From Bdellovibrio sp. (lineage in GTDB: Bacteria; Bdellovibrionota; Bdellovibrionia; Bdellovibrionales; Bdellovibrionaceae), in contig JAKFCY010000002.1 of NCBI GenBank assembly GCA_036676395.1, positions 256,001 to 320,000 on the forward strand: a stretch of 64,000 nt of DNA, read 5' to 3'. The stretch's first letter is position 1. Every line of letters starts with the position of its first letter. Below are positions 1-10,500 of the stretch, piece by piece. Under the pieces are notes generated by a model. The model made no database searches, was not told where the DNA came from, and was given only the letters and a program-made list of their open reading frames with translations. A program made the position numbers and the translations under genes.

Positions 1-742
1 GGCTGGAACTTTTGTTTACTCTAACTATAATGATAAAGTTACTGATGCAAAAGAAAACTCTATGGGCGTTCGCTTAGGTGCTTTAACTGGCGCTTGGGAT
101 TTCTCTTTAGGTTTAGGTTTATTAAATACTGTTAAAGGTAAATCTGCTGTGACTATCGCTCCAGCTGGTGTAACTACTGGTGACGAAATCGAATTCAAAG
201 GAACAATTGGCGTTTCTGCTTTCGCAGGTTACACAATGGGTTCTCTTTACACATTCGGTGAAGTTGTTTTAGCTGGTGCTAAAATGGAAAACACAACTAC
301 AGCTACTGAAATGGCTAAAGTTGATTCAACTCAAATCACTATCGGTGCTGTTGAATCTGTTAAAAAAGACGGAAACGAATTTTTCTACGGTGTTAGCTTA
401 GTTAGCTCTGATCTTAAAAACAAAACTGCTGACGAGAAAACTACTTCTTTATCTTTACCAGTTATCGTTGGTTTAGAAGCAGAAGCTACTTCTTGGATGG
501 TTTTACGTGGTTCATTAACTCAAACAGTATTAATCAACAACTCTAAAGAGACTGATACTACTGGAACTACTGCTGAAACTTCTCCCGGCTTAAACAATAC
601 AGTTGCTGCAATCGGCGCTGGTTTAAAATTCAACAAAGTAACTGTTGATGGTTCATTACAAGGTTTAACTGGCACTGCAGCTAACCAACAATTAGATGGT
701 AACGATTTATTAACTACTGTGGGATTAACTTACGTATTCTAA
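1..742 (+). CDS. Major outer-membrane beta-barrel protein paralogue (Bdellovibrio major OMP/PopA-like), 5'-truncated by the window edge
   Basis: Frame is open from base 2 (AGTFVYSNYNDK...), upstream of the listed Met. Colinear with the next gene (SLSLP..GLEAEA.SW..LRGS.TQ; ETSPGLN). Ends in the beta-signal LTYVF. Highly expressed codon bias. Confidence 0.75.
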   Translation, partial: AGTFVYSNYNDKVTDAKENSMGVRLGALTGAWDFSLGLGLLNTVKGKSAVTIAPAGVTTGDEIEFKGTIGVSAFAGYTMGSLYTFGEVVLAGAKMENTTTATEMAKVDSTQITIGAVESVKKDGNEFFYGVSLVSSDLKNKTADEKTTSLSLPVIVGLEAEATSWMVLRGSLTQTVLINNSKETDTTGTTAETSPGLNNTVAAIGAGLKFNKVTVDGSLQGLTGTAANQQLDGNDLLTTVGLTYVF

Positions 743-774
743 TCGAATACGTAATTTTAAAAGGATATAAACAC

Positions 775-1881
775 ATGAAATCATTATTAACATTAGCGAT
801 CGTATTAGCTTCAACTTCGGCTTTCGCAACTCGCGCAAGAACTGTTGCTTTAGGTAATGCTGCTCACTTAGTAGATTCATCTACAGTTTTCGCAAAACCT
901 GCTGACATCTTTGCAGTATCTGATTCTTTAACTATCGAATCAGGTCGCCAAGATTTAACTTTAGGTACTCATGCAGCTACTCAAGGTTCTGAAGCATTAA
1001 TGATCCGCTCTGCGGGTGATGCTAAATGGGCTTTAGCTTTAGGTCACGATGATGCAAGATCTTTTGCATTACGTACTGATGCTGACAACGGAGCTGTTGG
1101 TTTAATCGGCCAACAAAATCCATTAGAGTTAACTTACGGCATGAAAACAGGCGATATGGCTTGGGCTGGTACTTTAGTTTACTCTAACTACAACGATAAA
1201 ATTGCTGAAGTTAAAGAGAACACTACTTCTTTAAAATTTGGTGCTGCAACTTCTACTTGGGATGCAACTATCGATTTAGGCTTAGCTGACAAGTGGGAAG
1301 ATAGCGTAAACAATGATGAATTCAAAGGTAAATCTAACGTAGCAGTACGTGCAGGTTTTTGGGTTTCTTCAGATATGTACACTTATGCTGATGTAAGCAT
1401 GACTGGTTATGAAAGAACTGATGCTGGTACAGTAGACAAAGAAATCAAAGCTACTGATATCACTGTTGGAGCTATCAACACGATGAAAAATGAAGGCAAC
1501 GAATTTTTCTGGGGTGCTGGTTTAACTTCTTCAACTTCAAAAGACAGCAAAGCAGTAGCTCCTACTGTTGAGAAGTCTTCTTCTTTATCTTTACCATTCA
1601 TCATTGGTATGGAAGCTAACGCTGCTTCTTGGTTAACATTACGTGGATCTGTAACTCAACACGTACTTATCCAAAATGAAAAATCTGAGTCTTCAGCTGC
1701 AACTTTAACTGAAACTTCTCCTGGTTTAAACAGCACAACTTTCGCAGCTGGCGCTGGTTTAAAACTTGGCAAATTAGCTTTAGATGCTTCTTTATTAAAA
1801 GATGCTACTACTGGTCTTAATACACAAAATGTAAACACAACTGACCTTTTAGGTACAGTTGGTATGACTTACGTATTCTAA
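775..1881 (+). CDS. Major outer-membrane beta-barrel protein (Bdellovibrio major OMP/PopA-like)
   Basis: SD AAGGA; signal peptide ending AFA; mature N-terminus TRARTVALGN resembles the Bdellovibrio major OMP as I recall it; amphipathic strands; C-terminal MTYVF. Confidence 0.75.
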   Translation: MKSLLTLAIVLASTSAFATRARTVALGNAAHLVDSSTVFAKPADIFAVSDSLTIESGRQDLTLGTHAATQGSEALMIRSAGDAKWALALGHDDARSFALRTDADNGAVGLIGQQNPLELTYGMKTGDMAWAGTLVYSNYNDKIAEVKENTTSLKFGAATSTWDATIDLGLADKWEDSVNNDEFKGKSNVAVRAGFWVSSDMYTYADVSMTGYERTDAGTVDKEIKATDITVGAINTMKNEGNEFFWGAGLTSSTSKDSKAVAPTVEKSSSLSLPFIIGMEANAASWLTLRGSVTQHVLIQNEKSESSAATLTETSPGLNSTTFAAGAGLKLGKLALDASLLKDATTGLNTQNVNTTDLLGTVGMTYVF

Positions 1882-1906
1882 TTATTAATTAGAAATGTAA
1901 TTCACG

Positions 1907-1938
1907 AAAGGGCTCGGTTTATACCGGGCCTTTTTTTT
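1907..1938 (+). terminator. Intrinsic terminator of the OMP genes
   Basis: AAAGGGCTCGGT-TTAT-ACCGGGCC followed by T8. Confidence 0.85.
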
Positions 1939-2052
1939 GTCCAAAATCAAAATCAGATTTCGCGCTAATCGTCTCACTGGGTGATTTTTTATTCCAGACA
2001 GCAGTAAGTGCTCGGCACGCGAAGATCGCTTCATCGCAAGCCTGCTAAGACC

Positions 2053-2089
2053 AAAAAAATCCCCGATAGACATATCTACCAGGGATTTT
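2053..2089 (-). terminator. Intrinsic terminator of the nuclease-like gene
   Basis: Minus strand AAAATCCCTGGTAGA-TATG-TCTATCGGGGATTTTTTT. Confidence 0.7.
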
Positions 2090-2113
2090 AATTTTCGTAC
2101 TAAGTCTTAAGAA

Positions 2114-3208
2114 TTATTTCGCCATTTTCTTTTCGTCTTCTGCTTTTACATCGTAGTAGTCAGGCATTACGAAATCAGGAGTGAACGGGTATTTGTAACT
2201 CTTGTAAGCTTTCACTTCAGGAGCACCTGCTTCTAAGTAAATCTTATCCCAGAAAGAAGCTAACAAGATTGCCGCCCTGGCCATTTGTTCGATTTGTAAT
2301 TTTTCGAACTTCTTAAACCCAACTTCTGGTGGTTGGCGTTTGGCTGCTGATTTTAAGCTGATTCCTTTTTCAACCTTGTAAGTTGAAGGAGCCGTCATCG
2401 GATCAAGTTTGAAAACTGTTTTTACTTCTTTAAAAGAAAGTTCAGATAGTGCCTTCATTCTTTCAACAACAGATAACTTATCTTTCATGAAACTTGCGCT
2501 TTTCATTGTTTGCGCTTTTTTCACGATACGATCTTGCATGTCTGGCCCAAAGAATGCCACTGTCGCTTCTTCGTAATAACCATGAATACCACCGTGATTA
2601 CCTTCGTAACCATCGTAATCAGACGTTGAGTGAAATGGTTGAGCGTTGTCGCCAACGAAGTGACCCATTAAACCCATGTTCACGATCATTGAATAAAACG
2701 CTTTATTAAAAGGTAGTTCGTCGTTTTGTTCTTCTTTGCTTGAAGCAGGTGCTGGTTGCATTGCTACTTCTTCGGCTTGTGCTAAAGCTAAACGGTAAAA
2801 TTGATCGGCTCTCCACCAGTTAGATCCAAGGTCTTTAGGCACACTTTGAATGCGCGTGTTGCGTTTGTGCATGTTTTCTTTGCCAGTGTATTTTTCAACG
2901 ATGGCTTTGTAATCTGTCGGAACATCTTTAACTGCGATTCCTAAAATTTCGACGTCGATAAAGTGACCTGGATCACCGTGTTTACGTTCATCAGCAGATA
3001 ATGATTTCCAGTAAGTATCTGGAATGTTGCAAAGGTGACCCATCACTTGCGGTTTATTTAATAAATAATCTTTAAGTGGTTTTGATTGCACTAAGTGAAC
3101 TGCAGATTCACAGATTTGGTGGTGACCGCGGCCACCCCAGGCCATAGCGTTTTGCGCACTGAACGCGAAACCTACAACGGCTAACGAAGTAAAAAGTTTA
3201 AATGACAT
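2114..3208 (-). CDS. Secreted S1/P1 nuclease / Zn-dependent phospholipase C superfamily protein
   Basis: Signal peptide ending AMA, then mature WGGRGHH; Zn-ligand motifs GHFVGDNAQPFH and IHGYYE. Confidence 0.75.
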   Translation of the reverse strand: MSFKLFTSLAVVGFAFSAQNAMAWGGRGHHQICESAVHLVQSKPLKDYLLNKPQVMGHLCNIPDTYWKSLSADERKHGDPGHFIDVEILGIAVKDVPTDYKAIVEKYTGKENMHKRNTRIQSVPKDLGSNWWRADQFYRLALAQAEEVAMQPAPASSKEEQNDELPFNKAFYSMIVNMGLMGHFVGDNAQPFHSTSDYDGYEGNHGGIHGYYEEATVAFFGPDMQDRIVKKAQTMKSASFMKDKLSVVERMKALSELSFKEVKTVFKLDPMTAPSTYKVEKGISLKSAAKRQPPEVGFKKFEKLQIEQMARAAILLASFWDKIYLEAGAPEVKAYKSYKYPFTPDFVMPDYYDVKAEDEKKMAK

Positions 3209-3335
3209 AAAAAAGGCTCCCTTTGCTAATTTTAAGCAGGCCTAGTTTTGCTTTGGCGCTTGGCGCTCATCAAGTTATTTCTTTGTTAGTGCTTACGTGT
3301 TGCGCATGGCCGCGTTTTCTTCTATATAAACGGGT

Positions 3336-4073
3336 GTGACCGATACCCCTACAACCTTCACATTCAAACCTATTGGCTTTATTAAAAGCTGCTACCCCGA
3401 TAAATTCGGGGTGCCGAGGCAATCAGGCTTAGTGAAGCAAACGATTTCTGAATTAGCGATCATGCCTGAATGGCAGCCTGAATTTGCTCTGCAAGGTTTA
3501 GAAGAGTACTCGCATGTGTGGGTGACTTGGGTTTTTCACTTAAATTCGAATACTAAATATCATCCGAAAGTTCATCCACCTAGATTAAAAGGTGAAACGA
3601 TTGGCGTGTTTGCAACACGTTCTCCGCACAGACCAAATCCTTTGGGATTATCTTTAGCTACGGTTGAAAAAATTGAAGGCGGGAAGATTTATCTCGGCGG
3701 TTTGGATTTAGTGGATGGGACGCCGATTCTTGATATTAAACCGTATCTTCCGCAGTTTGAATCTTTGTCTGAATCTCGCGGTGGTTGGGCTACGAAAGAT
3801 GAACATCAGGTTAATAAAATACAAGTGAGCTTTACTGATGATGCGCGTGGTGTTTTGCAATCGTGGTCTTCGCGTTTAGAAAAATCAGAGTTAGAATCTG
3901 TGATTGTTGGTGTTATCAAGCAAGATCCGCGTCCTGTGATTTATCGTGGTTTTGAAGGTTCAGCGGATTCTCCGTACCGTAATGAACACGCTTTTAGACT
4001 ATATGATGGAGATATCCATTTCCGCTTTACTGCTCCTGATGCGGCCGAAGTATTCTCGATTAAGATCGTCTAA
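3336..4073 (+). CDS. tsaA: tRNA (N6-threonylcarbamoyladenosine37-N6)-methyltransferase TrmO/TsaA
   Basis: KFGVPRQSGL, GVFATRSPHRPNPLGLS, DLVDGTPILDIKPY and QDPRP motifs. Confidence 0.92.
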   Translation: MTDTPTTFTFKPIGFIKSCYPDKFGVPRQSGLVKQTISELAIMPEWQPEFALQGLEEYSHVWVTWVFHLNSNTKYHPKVHPPRLKGETIGVFATRSPHRPNPLGLSLATVEKIEGGKIYLGGLDLVDGTPILDIKPYLPQFESLSESRGGWATKDEHQVNKIQVSFTDDARGVLQSWSSRLEKSELESVIVGVIKQDPRPVIYRGFEGSADSPYRNEHAFRLYDGDIHFRFTAPDAAEVFSIKIV

Positions 4074-4281
4074 TTCGAGTTTTACCTGCAGGATTAAGAA
4101 AGTAAATTCAAAAACTCAGCAGAGTATAAATTATTAATATGAGAAACATGGCAAAATCTTGGCCAAGTATTTTAGGCGCGTAAACAAATTTTTTTGATAA
4201 ATCTCATTTTGTGTCTAAAGGTTTTTATATTTACTTCCGCTAAATATACTATCGTCCAACGGAACGTCGATAGGGGAAGAG

Positions 4282-4536
4282 ATGAAGCTGATTCAGGTTG
4301 CTATTGTATTGTGCTTTTTTACATTATTAGGTTGTACAGTAGGCAGTGGCGGAGGATTCAGCGCCATGTTCACAGAAAAAGAACCAGAAGCTAAGGAAGC
4401 TCGAAAGCAAATCGAAGATATTCAGTCCAACATTAATACAGATTCACGTTACGTCTTAAATTCAGACGAAGTTGTTTTTTTATCCGAACAAGGTGTTGTT
4501 ACTGATGAAGTAGAATTAAAAGGCTGGGTGAAATAA
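4282..4536 (+). CDS. Small lipoprotein, translationally coupled to the Rhs/teneurin-like gene
   Basis: SD AGGGGA; lipobox LLGC; stop overlaps the next start (TAATG). Confidence 0.7.
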   Translation: MKLIQVAIVLCFFTLLGCTVGSGGGFSAMFTEKEPEAKEARKQIEDIQSNINTDSRYVLNSDEVVFLSEQGVVTDEVELKGWVK

Positions 4537-7500
4537 TGAGAACACCAAGCTTATTTATTATATCCATCCTGTTCTTAGTTTCCCCCTTTGTAAGCGCAAG
4601 TAGTTTTCAAGGAAAAGCTCCAGAAAGTGGAATAATAATATCTATAAATCCGGAAAAAATTCCTTCTAAATCAGGCGAAAGTATACTGATTAACGGGACT
4701 ATTAAGTATGTCAAAAAGTCTCAATCTAAACCAAAGGATGATGTGTCTAATGGAAGTGATAAGAAAAATGGTCTACTTGAAGAATTTAAAGCTCAGGGTA
4801 TAGACATTGTAGGGGCATTTCCAAGCTCTGCAGTGGATATTTCAAGTGAATTGACTCTTGAAAGTTCATCAGACAACGAAATTCGATTCAGCTATCAAAG
4901 TAAAAATATTATTGCAGATGATCTTAATCAATTTTCATTAAAAGTTTATAATAATCATACTAATAAGAGCGCACTTAAAAAGTTATCTATCATTCAAGGA
5001 AAAATAGAAAAGCGCATACAGCTTTTGACCAAATTAAAAAACAAATTTGAAAGTGGTAAAGCTAAAAAGGAAGCTATCGCAGTTATTGAGAAAGAAATTG
5101 CCAAGCTTACTGCAATTTCCAGCAAAATCGCGAATAAGCTAAATACCAATGGAAATCTAATGGCAGAAAATACGTATGCTATTCAGGTTGATAATTTAAC
5201 TGCAAATTTCAGTAAAATTTCGACTGTTATGAATGATTTTCGCTTTGTCATTGATTCAAATATCGGCAGTGTTATTCAGGGCATGAGTGTGAATTTTAAA
5301 GCAAAAATAGTAAGTCTTTCTCATGCTAATGAAAACAGTGACTCTACTGAAGGCGGTGACGGTTATTTGGCTGAGTTTTATTTTAATGACCAAAAAGTAT
5401 CTTCGCAAAAAGTTATTGAACCGCGAAAAAATTTAAATATAGTTTTTGATTATGCAACAGCATCATTACAGTCAGCTGATCAAAATGTTTTCTCAATAGC
5501 ATTGTATCATCTTGATGATGCTGGTCAAAAAGGTCGAAAAATAGGAAGTTTAAATTATAAAATTCCTGTTATTACTGATTCTGTTAAACCAACTTGGTTA
5601 AGTGGCGCTGTGCCAAATCATCAAGATCGCTACGTTCAGCTATTAAGAACTATTAATCTTAAAACACAAGATAGCTTTGGTCGAATTGATCCACAGAGCT
5701 TTAAATTATTAGTGAATCGTCAGGGAGCGATCACGAATTTAAGTCATCTGATTTCCACAACAAAATTTGATGATGGGTCACGGTATGAATTTACTGGTGA
5801 TATAAATCCTCTGGAAGAGGGAGAATATAGTCTTTCAGCTAAAGTTTCAGATTTTGCGGGAAATGCTGCAGATACTTATAATGTGATGATTCATATTGAT
5901 CGAACAGTGCCTGTTGTTAATACCACGTTAGTCAATAATACATTAACTAACCAGACCAGCATTGAAGTCCCAATTACTGTAAATGATCTAAGCCCGACGG
6001 CTACAGATATTTATGTAAATAATGAACTTACCATGACCAGCGGACTTAAGGTTTTTTCAGCGAGTGCGACATTAACCATAGAAGGTAATAATATTGTTCG
6101 TATTGAAAGCCGTGACGCTGCGGGAAATGTCGCTCTCGTAAGAGAAATAGTTGTGGTGCGGGATACAACGCCACCAGTATTAAGTAATATATTACCTATC
6201 ACAAATTCAACCATCGACACAATTCAGTTCCCTGTGTCCGCAAATTCAAATGAAAAATTAGGATTCGTAAAAATAAATGACATGGCTGTTGCATTGACTG
6301 GCGAAAAAGTATCTTTTAGTGCAACTTATGCAGCAAAAAGCGAAGGTAATTTGTTGCTTAATATTACTTATGCTGATGAAGCTGGAAATGAAGGTTCAGA
6401 TTCTTATACGGTAAATATTAAAAGTAAGCTTTTAAATATCGATTTAGTGAATATCGGTACTTATGAAGATACTAAACTTTTAGTCACTGGTTTAGAGTAC
6501 GCTACAAGACCAGGCTCTAGAGTAGAAATTAGCACAGGATTTTTTGGATTTAATTCTGCCGAAATGGAATCCAATGAACATAATGGTTCATTTGCCCTAA
6601 CAATGAATTATTTTGAGAGTGCTATTCTCAAAGTAACGGATCTAAGCACCGGGGAAACGGCGCAAGGCACTTTAAGCTTTGATACAACTAAAACGAAATT
6701 GTCTGGAATCGTAAAAGATTCGAATAATGTACCATTGCCTGGTGTAACTGTAAGAATAACGGGCTCTGTGAGTACTTATGTTACTGATGGTGCAGGAATG
6801 TTTTCAATTAATAATGCTCCATCGGGGGATCAAAGTTTATTAGTAGATGGTAGTACAGTTTCCACAGCTGTTGCTGGTCCGAATAATAAATTTTTTGCGA
6901 CGAAAGTTTCGATAAATGTTGGACTTGGACAGAATAATGTTCTCGATAATCCTATTTATTTAACGCCTTTATATCTGGATGGCACGCAAACCGTTGTGCA
7001 AGCTGGTGTTGCAACAACGGTTAGTAGTGTGCATGCACCCGGTGTTGAGTTAAGAGTTCCAGCTAATATAGCAGTTTTTCCAAATGGGTCTAACATTGGA
7101 GCAATTAACGTTGTGAAGTTAAATGCAGATTTCGCTACAATTCCAGTTCCAGATTTTGCTGTACCCAACTTTGTATACGCTTTCGAGCCTTCGGGATTAA
7201 CTTTTAAACAAAGAGTTGAACTAAAGCTACCTAATGAAAATGAACTGCCTCCAGGAATGGAACTTCTTATTTATTCTATGAATAGTGCCAAAGGTAAATG
7301 GGAGGTCGATGGTGCAGCGAAAGTTTCTGAGGACGGCTTGAGTGTCGTGTCGAAACCAGGCTTGGGGATATCACATTTTAGCCCACTATACGCAGTACCA
7401 CTTGCCCCATTAATGTACGAAGTAAAAAATCCTAAATTGGCAGGAGTAGATGCATCGGAAGGAAGTCTTACGAAAAGTATTACGCTTCCAAGTTATAAAT

Positions 7501-10500
7501 CTCTAGGTATCGACATTACGCCGTCCTTAACATATAAAAGTGCATGGGCTGCGCCTTCGACAATCGTTTCAAATATCTTGGGATTACCTGAAACAAAAGT
7601 AGAAATGAATGGTTCATTTATTGATTCGGTATTTCAAGCAAAAACTGTAAATAGACTTTACTGCACGTACGATGAGTCAAACGTACAAACTTGCACTACG
7701 ATAGTAAGAAATTATTTAGATAGAATTGATAGCTCGTTTGTAGGTAATGTAAAAAGCTTTTACGAGCCGGAAGAAATTAAATCGCAATATTTTGTTGGAG
7801 GAATTGGAAACAGTTTAGCAAATGTCAATTTCACCAATTCAGTTTCTACACCTGTTCTGGGTGATTCCAAGTTCGCTGATAGTAATATAGTTTCTAAAGT
7901 TGGGACTTATCCGACCAAGCAGGAACGCAGGCCTCTTAAGTCCCAAGTTGGGTATTTTATCGAGTTAAAAAATCCTGAAAACGACGAATATTTGGAAACT
8001 GGAATTTATCCTAGTTTTGCAAGATACCAAATTACTTTCAAAAATATTCGTATTCTCACGGGCACCCAAGTTGTAACGGCGTATCGAAATGGAAAACGAA
8101 TTGGAGCGATTCGAAGAACCTACGATAATCGAGTTGAGACTCAAGTTTTGGATCAGGCGATGCCAAAAGATGTTTTGGGATCGTTGCTTGTACAATCAAA
8201 AGTTAAATCTAGTTATGGGCGTGGCTGGGATTTAAACGGTGTTCAGCAGATTGTTAATCCAGAAGGAAGTCGAATTCTGATTGAGAATGAAGACAATAGT
8301 CTTGCCACTTATGTACTAAATAATACGATTGAAAATGTATTCAATGCGAATGGAACTGAATTTGATCTTACGACAGCAGTAGATCTTTCACATTGGCCAA
8401 ATGCTTTGTTACAGAAAACGAGTGGTAGCACTAACTCAGTCATTAAATACAACTTATCGACTGGAAGTTGGAGTTCGGTCGGTTTAATCGATAGATATAA
8501 TGGGACAATTGGATCAGAAGGTTTAGATCAATGTCAGGCTCAATATACTGGTCCAACTTGTAGCGGTAGATATGGTCAATGTGGAGCTAGTTATAATGAA
8601 CTAAAGCAGCTGTCTTACATGCCAGTAGCATATAAATATGGCGTAAAACCTAATCTTTCTGGTGTAATTCAAGGGCAAGATGGGAACTATTACGGTTTAG
8701 ATTCGAAAAGCCATATGCTTTTTAAGTTACAGCAAGGAACAATTTCGAAGATGGCTGGTAACAGGTCGTCAGTATATGACTTTGTGAAAAGCAACACTGG
8801 CCTTTGGCGGTTGGAAATGAATCAAAACCAGATGTCTCAGCTTTGTCAGAATATTTTTGGCAAAGACTGTCCGTTTCAGCGCTACGAAACCGAATGGAAG
8901 TGGAAATGTGCGGATATGTCTGGATCCACTTTTTCTCCCGCTATATTCAGAAATGGTAAGAGCGTGTATTATAGGGGTAATTATCGTTTTTGTCCTACCT
9001 TCAATCAAATGGTTGAGAGTGGAGATTATTATGTGAATAATATCGAAGGTATCCAAGCGGTATATGATATTGAATCAAGTTGCGTGTCCCGAGGCGGTCA
9101 AAATGGTTATCATCCAAACCTTATTGCTCCGTTAGCTAATTTTACTGGTGATGTGGGCATCAGCGGATTTGCAGATGGTAATATTGCTAATCCGGACGTG
9201 ATTGGTTTGAATAATCCCCGTTCAATGTTAACTGATTTCGCTGGCAATATTATTTTTGCCGATTATGGTAATAATCGGGTGCGAAGAGTTAATTTAGCTG
9301 GGAATACAATTCAAACAATCGCAGGAAATGGTGCTACTAGCGACTCCGGAGATGGCGGTTCTGCTACATCTGCATCAATCTACCATCCGACAGGCTTAGC
9401 TATTGATGGTTTGGGTCAAATTTATATAGCTACAGAAAATGGTTACATTCGTAAAATTGATGTGAATGGCAATATTTCAACAGTTGCTGGGCGACCATTT
9501 GCTCATGGTGGATTATTAGCAAGTGAAGGAATAGCTACTGAGATGGTTTTGAATAATCCATCTGGACTCGTAGTCGATAGTGACAATTCACTTTTATATA
9601 TTGCTGATACAGGCAATAATAGGATTTTGCGTGTTGATCTTGTGACTAATGCCGCTATTACTGTTGCTGGAACTGGGAATTGCGATCTGTCTGGGCTTGG
9701 AAACAATACACCAGCATTGTCTGCATCACTTTGTGCGCCGTCGAATATCGGTTTAGATACCAACAAAAACTTGATCGTAGTAGATTCTGGCCACAAGATG
9801 ATTCGCCGTGTGGTGCTACATAGTGGTGCCGATCAACTTACGTATCTTCCGTCTAATAAGGATTTATCAAAATTAGTTAAAAGTTCAGATGGCACGTGGA
9901 CTCGTCATTACAGAAATGGATCTAAAGCTTATTTCAATGCAAGTGGTGCGCAGACTTCGATTGCAGATCGGGCAGGTCGTACAATCTCATTTAATTACGA
10001 TGCTGATGGCTTATTAGTGCAAATTAAAAATAATGTCACGAATCAGACTACTATTTTGGATTACAATTCAAATAATCAGCTTAAGAGTTTTAGGGATCCT
10101 GCGCTTCGTACAACAAAATTTTCCTATAGTGGAGAAATGTTAGAGCGGGTGGAATTTCCAGACACCTCTTCAAGATCTTATGCATATGACCTCAAAGGAT
10201 TAATGCTCAGCGAATTTGACCAGCTGTCTGCAGAAACTAAATTTGAATTTAACAAGTTCAACAGAGTTTCGAAAGTTATATTCCCGAATCTAACCGAGAC
10301 AAATGTAACTGATCAAGAAAGTGCGTCACTTTTGGCTGCAGACTTGGGTGACTTAAAAAGCTTCGGTTCCTCTCAAGATAACGTTAAAAGCCAAGTTATT
10401 GATTTAAGAGGCGTGAAAACTGAGTTTGTTAAAGGTTTTGATGGATTAGTAACTGAGGTATCAGATAGTAATGGAGTAGTTTCAAAAATTTACCACGATT

